From a virus, in the IMG/VR virus record IMGVR_UViG_3300030329_001359, positions 47,117 to 111,116 of that record: a stretch of 64,000 nt of DNA; one strand, given 5' to 3'. The first letter of the stretch is position 1; each line of letters starts with the position of its first letter. Of this stretch, positions 45,225 to 56,153 are shown one piece after another. A program made the position numbers and the translations under genes. Below the pieces are notes generated by a model. It was not told where the DNA came from, searched no databases, and was given only the letters and a program-made list of their open reading frames with translations.

Positions 45225-48200
45225 ATCCCATTTTCGTTACCATGCCTAGATGATGTTCTTTTCATAGCCTTTCTATTTGATTGTAAGGATTCAGGGCCTC
45301 CGTATATATCACCAGCAATAGACTCTTTCCTTCCTGTAAACAAATTCCTACCATCATGTGGTTGACCATAAAACAACTTTACTTGATTCATCTTATGTCT
45401 AAAATACGAATTTATACCATGTACTGGTACAATTTTACCACTCATTGTAAGAGCATTTCTAGGTATTCTTCTCATTTCAACAAGAGATGATAGATTAGCT
45501 ATAAGGTCAAGACCTCCGCCTGGAAGTTTATATGATATATAATCAAGAGATAAATCTCCTGTTAGACCTAATACATTAAGAACATTTTCATTTACTTTCT
45601 CAAATTGTTTCCATTCTCTTAAATCAGCAGGTAAAGATTCATTTATAGATAGTCTTTGAGCAATCGTGTCTACTTTTTTAACTAAATCAGATTCATATTC
45701 TATTAAAGGAGAACCACCTTCTGAATCTTTAAATGATAAAGCATTATAATTTTTAAGGTCTATTTGCTCAAAATTATACTTAGGGTCTATCTCACCTCTA
45801 AGCCATGCTAATTGATTGCTTATAGGTTTAGCAATCTCTATCATTAAATGGTCAGATAAAGTTGTATTTAATCTTTCAAAGAACCTAAGTCCCAATGTAA
45901 TAAATTTAGTTTGACTATTAACTTTATTAAAACCAGGCATCATTGTACCATTATGATATGTAACAGTATTAGTAGAAATTTTAGGTGTCATGAGTGAAAG
46001 TACAAATTGCTTACCAAGACCAGGGTGACTTCCTTCCCAGTCATAATATAATTTTTCTAACTTTATTATTGCTTCATTCATTACAGAATTAGCATCCATG
46101 TCATCTGTTAATCTATTATTAAATAACTCCCACCATTTCTTACCATATTCACCTTTGAATTGTCTAATATCTTGTTCCCATTTCATAGCTGTAGATTTTT
46201 CTACAGTTGCAGGATTAAGACCTACACCAGTAAGCCTTGAAAGGACATTGTATGTAGCAAGTATTTGAGCATAATCATCTGAGTTAACACCTCTTATCTT
46301 TAATCCAAGTTGTTTATTTCTTGTATCCCATATACTGCTAGTTATTTGTGGTTTTATTTTTTCTATAGCTTTAAATCTTTCACTTCTACTTCTTATTTTT
46401 GAGAAATCATGAGTTTTACCATATTTATCTGTCCATGTTCCTCCTGACGCTAATGTACGATAAATCTGTCTTAGTATTCTAGTTCTTACAGCCTTTTGAA
46501 CACTTTTACTAGCCATTACCTCTTTAGTTAGGTCTGATTTTAAATCTCTAAGCCTAGCATGGCTCTCTCCAAAACTACTAGCCATCTCATGGTTACCGTT
46601 CCTTTCCATCCTTCTTTGAGACCTTCGATATCTACGCATTCTATAGTCTATGCTGTTTATAGCATTTAACTTATCAAAATCAGAACTGAATCCTTCAACT
46701 ATCTTTCTTACGGCTCCGTCAACATCTCTAGTATCTCCTAGTAAAAAGTCATATATAAATCCATCTGTTTTATATTGAACATCAGGGTTGACCTTCTTCA
46801 TTGACATTCTATCCATGCCTGCAAGGTTAGCAATCATTCTATCAGCTGCTATCATTCCAGTATTTTGACCAGCAGCATCTACACCAGAAACTGCATCATC
46901 AAACCTAGTGTCTCTTAATCTAAATGGGTCTACAAAACGACCTTGTTCTTTAAAAATAGAATCAATATCATCACCACTCCATTTATTTTTAGAAAGACCT
47001 CTTCCATTTCTCAATCCCCAATAAACATATCTATTTAAATTGCTCATTATATAAGAATATCTTTGAGTATAATCTATGAGAGTATCGTAATCAACTTTCT
47101 TTTGTTCACCACTTTCAAATACACTTGTACGAAGACCTAAGAATCTTTTATAGGGCGTCAAAGCTAAACCAACCATATCTTGTTCAAGCTTATCAAGCCT
47201 AACTCCATTATCTACCCAAGATTTAGTTTTTTGGTCATACGTTTGCTTAGAGAATATACCAGGGTATGTTTCACCATCTCCAAATAATAACTTACTCTCC
47301 CACTGCTTGTCGAATGTACTTTTATCATAACCTCTTCCACCAGCATCAACAATTCTTTGTATATCTGTAGCTAATAAATATTCTACTTCTTTTATTTTAT
47401 CAGCATCTCCTAATACTATTCTTCCTCTATCTAGTTTTATATTAAATCCTTCAACATCAGTATAATTTGCTCCACGATATGACTTTAAAAATTGTATTGT
47501 ATTTTTGGCTTTAACAACAATACCTCTATACAAAGAACTATTTGCTTCGCTAAAATTATAATTCATTAAAGCTTTTCCATTAAATGGATTTAAACCATGT
47601 ATTGATGTTCTTTGTTGTGTGCCTTTTACAGAAGGAACTTCACCAGACTTACTATCCCAAAATCTTAATATATCAGAAGGTGTATCCCACCAGTAATTTA
47701 TCTTGTCTATATCAAAATCCATCTCAAGTCTAAACCATCCATCAGCATGATTTATTCTAGCTGCATTACCAGTTAAATCACCAAATCCTTTTAACCCAAC
47801 AATAACTTTATCAGATGAACGAGTTGTAGGTGTTCTATGAGCAACCAGTGCTATTTCATATCTTTTCCCTTCTATGCCATCGTTAAAAGCTTCAACAGAC
47901 CTATAAAGGTCATTGAGTGTAACAGCTTGTTTACCATCTAATAAAGATTGAATTTCTTTTGATAATTCATTAGCTCTGACTATCTTATCTTTTGCTGTAT
48001 AATTATGCTCAATAAATCTTATTCTTTCTGGAGCAACTAACTTACCTTTATTTGTAGCATCTATTTCTATCTGTCCATATGTCCATACATCTCTTGATAC
48101 AATATCAGCAGGATTACCTGACCTTTCTCCATTAAGCCATTCAGTTTTAAATAATGTATTTCTTAAATGACCTTTTGTTCCAAAATCTGTAAAATCAGGA

Positions 48201-51200
48201 ACCACAACACTTTGACTGCCGTATTCATTACGAGGTGTTAAGAGATTTCTTTTGTCAATTAATTGACTTTTGATTTGATTCCTTACAGTTCTTTTGAATG
48301 GTATATATGTTGGGTCACCTCCATGACTTATCCATCTTTCAAACATCGCCATTTGGTCAGTATCGACATCTAATTCATCAAAGTTTATTTTAAGCTTTGT
48401 TGCTATTTCTGATGTTTTACCATCTCCAAATATTGTATTAGCCTCTGTTATAAAATCTCTTACTCCTCTGACTAATTGCCATTCGTAAAAAGAATTATTT
48501 AATTTAGGTGTATTAAAATCATTAGCTACTTGCAAAGGTAGAGTTGATGATTTCTGAGGCTTTACAGCACTTGCTATTGAGAAAGTATTTATAGGTAGTG
48601 TAATACGATTATTAGATAAATCACTTTCTGTTCGTATTAAGTCAGACATAGAATTAAAATCGCTCATGTATATTACTTTTTCAGAAGCACCGTCAGGAGA
48701 TTTTTCTCCTGTTATGTCAGTACCAGACATCTTATTAGCAGAATCCATTATAACCATGTCAATCTTATGTCTTTCTAAGTATTTATCCCATGTTCTATCT
48801 GTTATCCAAGCTGTTTTATCTAAGAATACAGCATTGCCATTTGATGATGATGCTCCAACAGCTTTAAGATGTTCTACTCCGCTACCATGCAATCCAAATA
48901 AGAAATTAATAGCATTCAATCTTTCTCTTGTTACAATATTAACACTATCAAATCTGCTAACATCACCTAATCCACCTGGCATACTAAGATTTTCAGTATT
49001 GAAATCATTTAATGACAATAAACCTTTTCCTTCACTATTATATAATTCAGATTCAGCCTTTATCTGTTTACTTAATGATTGAAATAAAGAAGATATCATA
49101 GGAGGAGCTTCACCATCTATAGGGCTTTCATCTCCTAGTATATGGGCCTTCCAACCTTTCTTAGATAGTTTCTTTAATTCACTTTTAACAGATTGTTTAT
49201 CGCCAACTACATCTTCACCAAGAAATTTAAAAAATCTATTATTCTTACTATCAAGTCTTTCGAGAAGGTCAATAGCGTCATTAACATATTCTTCTGTAAT
49301 CTCTTTGGACGACCTATTAGAAAGTAGTTTCATATATCTCAGTTGCTTATTAGCAAATAACTCAGCATTATTCCAATTATCATTACTAACAGATTCCCAA
49401 TATTCTCTGCCTTGAGCTTTATCACCAAAGATATTATTAAGCATCATTGTCATATCTTCAGTTACTCTTTGATGACTTGATTCTCCTCTTGTATACTCAT
49501 ATAGTCCAGTTTTTTCATTAAATGTAACTGAAACTTTTCTCCAATCTTTATATGTTGATATAGCATCAGGGCTCATGTAGTCACCAAGTTCTTTTATTCT
49601 AGCATCTACAATATTAATAAACTCATTAGTTACTCTATCTATCGCTATATACTTATTTACACCAAGTCCGTAAGGTATACCAATACCATCTTTCATATTA
49701 CTTACAAAAGCAACAGCATAAGGTTGTTTACCAAGAGACTGACCAAGGTCGTTAAGAAGTTGGGCAGTATCACCTCCTCCTTTAGCAGATATAGCTGGTT
49801 GATTAGCTATCTTAGCAAAGAATTCAGTTTTTATAGTATTGTCAACGCTATCAAGAGCTATATCGTATTCTCTACCAGCTCTTTTATATTTTGTATCTAT
49901 AAGAGTAAACTCACCTAGAAGGTCTTTAACTATATTATATAAATCATTCTTTTGAAATGTTTCTGTTGAATACTTAGGTTGAGCATTACCAAATGCCTTA
50001 ATTTTATTTACAGTAACATTATTCTTTAATTGAGAATAGACCATAAGAGTTTCATGTACAAACTTTTCATGCATATCTCTATACTGAACAAGTCCCCATT
50101 TTTCTTGAGAGATACTATCCCCTTTGTAAGGTATACTAGCTCCTTTTTTTCTCATGTAATCATAAAAATTAAATGGATTCTTCATTACATCAGTATTTCC
50201 ACCAATCGAAATTCCTAATGTAGTACCAGGCTCTGCTTTTAAATCTATATTATATCTGGATATATACTTATTAAGACCTATTGTAAGCTGAGTATCTACT
50301 GGATATCTACTTTGACTATCAAGCCTGTCTTTTTCCCACATTATTTTTAAATCTCTATCACTATTAAATACTTGAAACATCATATTTAAAGTTTCTTCAA
50401 CATCTTTTATTCTTTCTATCATGTTTTTATCTGCATTGTCAAACTTGAATTGATTATCAGTTCTGTCAAAGAGTTTCCCTGCAACCAATGTCTTCAAAGC
50501 AATGGAAGCTGAAGAAGGATTTGTTAAATATAAATTTTGTATATTTTTCATTAATGAATGGACGCTTCTATGTTCAGCTGTTTGTTTATTAAAACCAGAC
50601 TTTCCAACTCTTATCCAGTCAGCTGTAGCATCAAATAATTCTTGATGAGACAATCTTGATGATGATTCTTTTAATAGGTCTATTGTCATTTTAAGTTCAG
50701 CTAGATACTGAGCTGATATGTGAGTCTGACCTTGAGGTGTCATATCAAGATTTATAAAACCACCTTTTTTACCTGACTCTTTTATAAGAGGATATAAATG
50801 ATTATTTAAACCTTCATGCATGTCAGCAATAAATTCACCTATAGACATATTAGATTGCTCAGCTGCTACAGATAATTGTTTTATATAATCCATATCTTTA
50901 GACATTCCAGAAATTTGATGCCATAATGTAGGGTCGCTCTTTAATAATTTAGCCATAGCAACAACATCACCAACAGCTTCAACATCTTTCTTATTATCTC
51001 TAAACCAATCAACCATTTTAATAAGATTGTTATCTATGACACCTTTTATATTTAGCATTGTCATTTGAGGCGATACGATTTTTTGGTCAATAAGATATTT
51101 AACAACACGCCTATCAACAGAATCTAATGGAATAGCTTGACCTTCAGGTGATGACTTTTGAAAACTAGAAATACTTCTATCTAATGTATAGTCAGCCATT

Positions 51201-54199
51201 TGATTTATTAAATCATTCTTAGCTTCTCCACCAGGCATTGTAAAGATAGGCATTGTTTTATCAACAAGCTTCATTAAATCTTGGACATCTTTAATAGTAA
51301 CATCTGTCTTTATTACTTTTTCTCTACCTGTATTTCTACTTAGGTCATTCCTTAATACAGTTAACATCTTGTTAATAAAGTTATATTCTCTTGGGTAATC
51401 TTTTCCTTCAACAAGTCTACCTGCTTTTGTTAATTGAACACTATCTGCTAATTCACCTAATACATTAAAAACCTTAGGCATTAACTTTTGTATCTTAGCA
51501 TAGTCAGTAGATTCAAATATATCATTTTTATTATTAGACTCAGGATGAAGTTCTTTTATAGCTCTCCAATGTTGCCTTACAGATTTTCTATTTAATACAA
51601 GATTTGTCCATCCAGATATCATCTCATCACCCATTCTCTGCCATCTTTCAACTGGTATTGTATCAGGAGATGCTTCAAGTATCATTTCAGTAAGAGATCT
51701 ATCATGCTTATCCATTACTCCAGGCTCTACTAACTTACCTTCTTTATACTTACCAAATATAGCATCAACCATTTCTTGATTAAGTCTAATAGGCTCGCCT
51801 TGATGTTTATAATACGGACTAACAGTTCTCATTAAGAATGATTCTGGATGTATCGTATCGATATGTCGTGGAGGAAGTATAATAGTGTTATCTGAAAAGT
51901 CTAATGGTTGTAATATTATTCTTTCATTTAAATCAAAAGCATCTTTAGAGTATTTTTCTAAATCTTTATTATTATTAAGTATTTTATGTATCTCATTATA
52001 TATATCAATAACAGCATCTTTAGACATCTCTCTATATCTAATCGCTTGGTTCTCTGCCGAACCTAATACAATATCAAGTATATCTGTAGATGTCTCTACA
52101 CCTCTTCTACCAGTAGGTTTTAATTCTTCTAATGCGTCAAATTCAGTTTTATTTAAATCTTCTTTAACTCTATTTAATTGTTCTTTAGTTAATTCAAATG
52201 CCTCTTTAACCTCATATTCAGTATCTCTAGGCTTAAGGTTATTCATTTCAACTATAGCTGCAAAAGTAGTATATATCTCATCAGAAAATGTATCTTCTGT
52301 AGGTACTTCTTTTGTAACCTCTTTACCATCTTCAATAACTTTTACTTTTTCTTTAGCTGCTTCTTTTGTTCTTGTTTCTCTATTTCCTTCAGCATCTTCG
52401 CTAACATATTTTTCTACAACAAGACCATTTTTCTCAGCTATTTCTAAAAGCTTTTGCATATCTCTACTTGATTCATCTACTCCTGTAAAACCGCGTCTAA
52501 TAGCAGTATGCTCATTAAATAATGCTCTATAAAGAGCAGCGTCTACAGCTGTATTAGTTTGATTAAGCCATGTATCTACTTGCTCAAGTTCTTTGGTATA
52601 TGTGTAGGGCCTATCATCAAATAAATGTTCTACTTTACCAGTTTTTCTATTGACATACTCAAAAGGCTTACCTTTCTTTGTCATAAACATTCCAAGAGCA
52701 ACATTGAATATTATATCTTCTAATGGATAACCGTCCTGAGACATCATTTCTATACCAGACCAATTAAATGCTAAAGCTCCAGTTAGCATTCTAGCTGAAC
52801 TACCAGCTACATCGCCAGGAATTTCTTTTAAGAACTTAGGGTACCAACTCTTATATAATGCTGTTTCAATATCAATAAGTGAATCTTTAACAGTTTGAGC
52901 TCCTTTAGATGTTTTCACTAAATCATCTATGTCTGTTTTACTATGAATAGGAATCTTATAAGAGCTTCCTTTAACGCCTTCAACTGTTTTTGTTAAGTCT
53001 CTTAATGATTCTTTTTTCATGCTAAACATACGCTTAGCTTCTTCACCAATAAATAATCTATCTGCTTCATTCTTTACATCATAAGACCTATATCTACGTC
53101 TTGTTTCTAATGTTTTAGTAATTCTATTCCAAGCGGGCCTTATAATACCATAATCGCTACCACCAGGGATAAATCTTATTACACCAAGAGCTGAACCTAA
53201 TACAAATGAATGACTTAATGTTCCTCCTAAACTAAAATCTACTTCATCATTAGCAAGTGAATTCATAAAATTTAAAGGTAATTCAACAGCTGAGAATAAT
53301 ATAGCTTCTTCTAATGCGTGAGCAGCTAAGTTACCAAGTTTTCCATTGCCCATATGAGCAGCTAATACTTGATGCATTTGAGTCATAGGAAATTTAAATG
53401 TACCACCAGCGTCATCTAAAACAGTACCTATCTTCTTAGCAAGGTCGTCACCTAATGTACCAGCAATTCTAGCTGCGTCATCAGCTGAATACCCAGCCTT
53501 TTCAAATGTATCTCTTAAAATCTTTGGAGTATTCTCATTAAAATTCTTAGCAAAGTTCATTCTATTTTCAGCTGTCCTAGCAAACATAGCTTCACCTTGT
53601 CTTGTACCTAAGCCTAATAAAGTATCTTTTCTATCTTGAACAAGGCTAGATAAGAAATCATCAACACCTTGCTTACCACCTTCTATTTCACCATTTCTAA
53701 CTTTCTTATTTACCCATCCCATGAATTCTTTATCACCACGCATCATCTTAATAGCATCATCAGAATATGACTGTGCAAATTTCTTAGTACCAGCTCTTGC
53801 AAATGTCCTAACACCAGCATTTAAAACACCTCTAGCGGCTGCCATTGGACCTATGAAACCAGCAGCTCCACCAATACCAGTAGTTACTCTTTCTGCAAAA
53901 GTCTTAGGTTCCATTGCTTCAGTAAAAGCTTCACCACCTATTGCCCTACCTGCTAAGCCAGGAATACCAAGTCCTGTTATATCAAAAGCTGTCCATAGAC
54001 CTTTACCGACAGCTGTCAAAACATTTGTTTGTTCATCTTCAATTTCTTGGGACATCCAAGCAGGCATTTCTTTACCAGCTGCTGACTCCCATAGAGAGCC
54101 GCCTGTTGTAGTTTTTAAATTAGGTGAGGGTCTTTCAGTAGCTAGCTTTGTTCTTTCTTCAAGCTGCCTTTTGAATTCTAATGTAAGATTGTCTGCCAT
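45218..54199 (-). CDS. giant internal virion protein containing a two-barrel (DPBB) RNA polymerase, crAss-like virion RNAP type
   Basis: HRTP (R~2122) and EMDFDIDK (D2161-D2165, nt 47705-47719), 39 residues apart. Upstream Lys motifs HLK, LDK, DSANK. Gly/Ala-rich amphipathic N-terminus. Confidence 0.78.
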   Translation of the reverse strand: MADNLTLEFKRQLEERTKLATERPSPNLKTTTGGSLWESAAGKEMPAWMSQEIEDEQTNVLTAVGKGLWTAFDITGLGIPGLAGRAIGGEAFTEAMEPKTFAERVTTGIGGAAGFIGPMAAARGVLNAGVRTFARAGTKKFAQSYSDDAIKMMRGDKEFMGWVNKKVRNGEIEGGKQGVDDFLSSLVQDRKDTLLGLGTRQGEAMFARTAENRMNFAKNFNENTPKILRDTFEKAGYSADDAARIAGTLGDDLAKKIGTVLDDAGGTFKFPMTQMHQVLAAHMGNGKLGNLAAHALEEAILFSAVELPLNFMNSLANDEVDFSLGGTLSHSFVLGSALGVIRFIPGGSDYGIIRPAWNRITKTLETRRRYRSYDVKNEADRLFIGEEAKRMFSMKKESLRDLTKTVEGVKGSSYKIPIHSKTDIDDLVKTSKGAQTVKDSLIDIETALYKSWYPKFLKEIPGDVAGSSARMLTGALAFNWSGIEMMSQDGYPLEDIIFNVALGMFMTKKGKPFEYVNRKTGKVEHLFDDRPYTYTKELEQVDTWLNQTNTAVDAALYRALFNEHTAIRRGFTGVDESSRDMQKLLEIAEKNGLVVEKYVSEDAEGNRETRTKEAAKEKVKVIEDGKEVTKEVPTEDTFSDEIYTTFAAIVEMNNLKPRDTEYEVKEAFELTKEQLNRVKEDLNKTEFDALEELKPTGRRGVETSTDILDIVLGSAENQAIRYREMSKDAVIDIYNEIHKILNNNKDLEKYSKDAFDLNERIILQPLDFSDNTIILPPRHIDTIHPESFLMRTVSPYYKHQGEPIRLNQEMVDAIFGKYKEGKLVEPGVMDKHDRSLTEMILEASPDTIPVERWQRMGDEMISGWTNLVLNRKSVRQHWRAIKELHPESNNKNDIFESTDYAKIQKLMPKVFNVLGELADSVQLTKAGRLVEGKDYPREYNFINKMLTVLRNDLSRNTGREKVIKTDVTIKDVQDLMKLVDKTMPIFTMPGGEAKNDLINQMADYTLDRSISSFQKSSPEGQAIPLDSVDRRVVKYLIDQKIVSPQMTMLNIKGVIDNNLIKMVDWFRDNKKDVEAVGDVVAMAKLLKSDPTLWHQISGMSKDMDYIKQLSVAAEQSNMSIGEFIADMHEGLNNHLYPLIKESGKKGGFINLDMTPQGQTHISAQYLAELKMTIDLLKESSSRLSHQELFDATADWIRVGKSGFNKQTAEHRSVHSLMKNIQNLYLTNPSSASIALKTLVAGKLFDRTDNQFKFDNADKNMIERIKDVEETLNMMFQVFNSDRDLKIMWEKDRLDSQSRYPVDTQLTIGLNKYISRYNIDLKAEPGTTLGISIGGNTDVMKNPFNFYDYMRKKGASIPYKGDSISQEKWGLVQYRDMHEKFVHETLMVYSQLKNNVTVNKIKAFGNAQPKYSTETFQKNDLYNIVKDLLGEFTLIDTKYKRAGREYDIALDSVDNTIKTEFFAKIANQPAISAKGGGDTAQLLNDLGQSLGKQPYAVAFVSNMKDGIGIPYGLGVNKYIAIDRVTNEFINIVDARIKELGDYMSPDAISTYKDWRKVSVTFNEKTGLYEYTRGESSHQRVTEDMTMMLNNIFGDKAQGREYWESVSNDNWNNAELFANKQLRYMKLLSNRSSKEITEEYVNDAIDLLERLDSKNNRFFKFLGEDVVGDKQSVKSELKKLSKKGWKAHILGDESPIDGEAPPMISSLFQSLSKQIKAESELYNSEGKGLLSLNDFNTENLSMPGGLGDVSRFDSVNIVTRERLNAINFLFGLHGSGVEHLKAVGASSSNGNAVFLDKTAWITDRTWDKYLERHKIDMVIMDSANKMSGTDITGEKSPDGASEKVIYMSDFNSMSDLIRTESDLSNNRITLPINTFSIASAVKPQKSSTLPLQVANDFNTPKLNNSFYEWQLVRGVRDFITEANTIFGDGKTSEIATKLKINFDELDVDTDQMAMFERWISHGGDPTYIPFKRTVRNQIKSQLIDKRNLLTPRNEYGSQSVVVPDFTDFGTKGHLRNTLFKTEWLNGERSGNPADIVSRDVWTYGQIEIDATNKGKLVAPERIRFIEHNYTAKDKIVRANELSKEIQSLLDGKQAVTLNDLYRSVEAFNDGIEGKRYEIALVAHRTPTTRSSDKVIVGLKGFGDLTGNAARINHADGWFRLEMDFDIDKINYWWDTPSDILRFWDSKSGEVPSVKGTQQRTSIHGLNPFNGKALMNYNFSEANSSLYRGIVVKAKNTIQFLKSYRGANYTDVEGFNIKLDRGRIVLGDADKIKEVEYLLATDIQRIVDAGGRGYDKSTFDKQWESKLLFGDGETYPGIFSKQTYDQKTKSWVDNGVRLDKLEQDMVGLALTPYKRFLGLRTSVFESGEQKKVDYDTLIDYTQRYSYIMSNLNRYVYWGLRNGRGLSKNKWSGDDIDSIFKEQGRFVDPFRLRDTRFDDAVSGVDAAGQNTGMIAADRMIANLAGMDRMSMKKVNPDVQYKTDGFIYDFLLGDTRDVDGAVRKIVEGFSSDFDKLNAINSIDYRMRRYRRSQRRMERNGNHEMASSFGESHARLRDLKSDLTKEVMASKSVQKAVRTRILRQIYRTLASGGTWTDKYGKTHDFSKIRSRSERFKAIEKIKPQITSSIWDTRNKQLGLKIRGVNSDDYAQILATYNVLSRLTGVGLNPATVEKSTAMKWEQDIRQFKGEYGKKWWELFNNRLTDDMDANSVMNEAIIKLEKLYYDWEGSHPGLGKQFVLSLMTPKISTNTVTYHNGTMMPGFNKVNSQTKFITLGLRFFERLNTTLSDHLMIEIAKPISNQLAWLRGEIDPKYNFEQIDLKNYNALSFKDSEGGSPLIEYESDLVKKVDTIAQRLSINESLPADLREWKQFEKVNENVLNVLGLTGDLSLDYISYKLPGGGLDLIANLSSLVEMRRIPRNALTMSGKIVPVHGINSYFRHKMNQVKLFYGQPHDGRNLFTGRKESIAGDIYGGPESLQSNRKAMKRTSSRHGNENGIC

Positions 54200-55231
54200 C
54201 TAAAACAAACCGCCAACTCCAGTACCTTCAAGACCAGGATATTTTTCGGAAATTTGCTCAAACTTAGCAGCTTCAACAGCTCTTCTTTTCTTTGTAAATT
54301 CAGTAATTGATTTATTTAAATCATCCATTTCAGCTCTAAATAAAGATTCAATTTCAGGAGCTCTAACCAAAAGATTTTCTTCATTATCTGTTAATGTTAT
54401 ACCATGTCTGCTTTTTTGATTAATATATCTAACATTTAAATCAAGAGTATTTAATGATTCTTGCTTTTGCTTTATAGTGTTAGATAATTCATCTATATTT
54501 TCTATAGATGATGATATATCTTCTTCAGGTGACATAATTAATCCATCTATACCTGGAGATTCAGGAGGGTCAATACCAGCAAATGCATCTAATTCTTCTG
54601 AAACTGAGTCAGGTTCAAATATACCAATATCTCTTGTTATATCAATATCGCCTGTAGTTCCATATTCAGTCATCTCAGCAAGTAAATCATTTCTATTTTG
54701 CATTACTTTTTGAACTGATGATAAAGCTTTTAATCCTTTCTCACTATCAGCTCCAAGAGGTGTTAATGAATATAAAGCTTTTGTCATCCTTTTATCATCT
54801 TTAGATATTTCTTCACCTTCAAATGATTTTTGAACAGTAGAAGCTATATCTTCAGCAATAGATAGAACACCTTTTGTATTCTGACCTTCATAATAACCAT
54901 ACAAAGCAGAAGCTACTCTATTCGCTTGACTTCTATTTAGATTATATTGGTCTTCTAACTCATCTATAACATTATCAAGGTCTTCACCATCGCCAATATA
55001 TGATTGATAAACAGCTCCAATTCCTGTTGTTGTTACAAAATCATCAGCATGAGATGTCATTAATTGTTCATTTACTGTATTTAAGACTTGTAACCTTTGA
55101 CCAAATTCAGCTGACCTAGCTTGGTCTATCGACATTTTTGTTAAGACCCACTCTCTTTCAGCTCGTCTTTTATCTGCAGCATGAGCTCTTAGCTCTCTAA
55201 GAGTTCTTAATACTTCTAATTCTCTAGCCAT
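54200..55231 (-). CDS. internal virion protein
   Basis: 343 aa, acidic and helical, directly upstream of the giant gene. Confidence 0.6.
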   Translation of the reverse strand: MARELEVLRTLRELRAHAADKRRAEREWVLTKMSIDQARSAEFGQRLQVLNTVNEQLMTSHADDFVTTTGIGAVYQSYIGDGEDLDNVIDELEDQYNLNRSQANRVASALYGYYEGQNTKGVLSIAEDIASTVQKSFEGEEISKDDKRMTKALYSLTPLGADSEKGLKALSSVQKVMQNRNDLLAEMTEYGTTGDIDITRDIGIFEPDSVSEELDAFAGIDPPESPGIDGLIMSPEEDISSSIENIDELSNTIKQKQESLNTLDLNVRYINQKSRHGITLTDNEENLLVRAPEIESLFRAEMDDLNKSITEFTKKRRAVEAAKFEQISEKYPGLEGTGVGGLF

Positions 55232-55233
55232 TT

Positions 55234-55398
55234 TTATCTTGGCCCATATGGTGGTGTTGGTTCATAATCATAGTCGGTTGAATCCGATTTTACTTTACTA
55301 TTAATAGATTTAGTTTTCTTTTTTCCATAAGAAGTGCAATCTTTTTTACTTTTATATCCTAATTTTTTCCAATTTTTGCATTTTGTTTTACTTGGCAT
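55234..55398 (-). CDS. 54-aa Lys-rich peptide with one Cys pair (not in ORF track)
   Basis: GGAGG RBS. MPSKTKCKNWKKLGYKSKKDCTSYGKKK... Confidence 0.7.
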   Translation of the reverse strand: MPSKTKCKNWKKLGYKSKKDCTSYGKKKTKSINSKVKSDSTDYDYEPTPPYGPR

Positions 55399-55409
55399 AT
55401 TATACCTCC

Positions 55410-56153
55410 TTAAAATATCCCCAAAAATTTCGATTCTGATTTTGCTAAATGAAGTTCTCGCTCAGCCCTTAATCTTCTTTCATCAGCATCTAACCTTCCT
55501 GTTTCCGATTCAAACCATCCTTCAATATCGCCCATCTTAGCTCCAATTTGTGCCCATAAATCATCTTTAGCTGATAAATATGCATTTGAAATATTCTTCC
55601 AAGTAGTAGACATCTTGGTCTCAGCTGTTCCAGATGTAGCCAATCCGCTTTGCTGAATCATTGTTTCATACCCTTCTCGTAGTTCATCTCTTGATTTACC
55701 AGTCGCAGTTTGAACTTTATTCATACCTATATCAGCTTCAGCGCTAACTGCTTTTTTCTTAGCTTCATATCCTTCTTTTAATGAACCCCTAGATTGATTA
55801 ATAACATCTAATGAATCACGTATTAAATCTAACTGAACGCCAGCAGCTTTTTTATCCTGCTCATGAGCACCCCAACTGCCAACAAAACTAACAGCAGCCA
55901 TTCCAAGAGTAAGAGGGTCTACATATTCTCTGTTTCCTGTATATGGATTTATAGTACCTGAACCTCTTTCTTTTACCATATCTTCACCTTTTTTACCAAA
56001 GGCGTCTATTGTACTAGCTTCAACAGGATTGACATGAGATGGTTCACCATCGACAAGTCTCATTTCTGTATCACCAGTCATAGCAGCTCTCTGCTGAGCA
56101 TTTGAACCTAATGAAAATGAAGATAAATGATTTTTTGCTAATGTATTTATCAT
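55410..56153 (-). CDS. ejection/pilot protein with GSGTINPxTG pro-domain-like motif
   Basis: GDT...HVNP.E...GSGTINPYTGNREY followed by VDPLTLGMAAVSFVGSW and a SGLATSG helical region. Confidence 0.6.
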   Translation of the reverse strand: MINTLAKNHLSSFSLGSNAQQRAAMTGDTEMRLVDGEPSHVNPVEASTIDAFGKKGEDMVKERGSGTINPYTGNREYVDPLTLGMAAVSFVGSWGAHEQDKKAAGVQLDLIRDSLDVINQSRGSLKEGYEAKKKAVSAEADIGMNKVQTATGKSRDELREGYETMIQQSGLATSGTAETKMSTTWKNISNAYLSAKDDLWAQIGAKMGDIEGWFESETGRLDADERRLRAERELHLAKSESKFLGIF

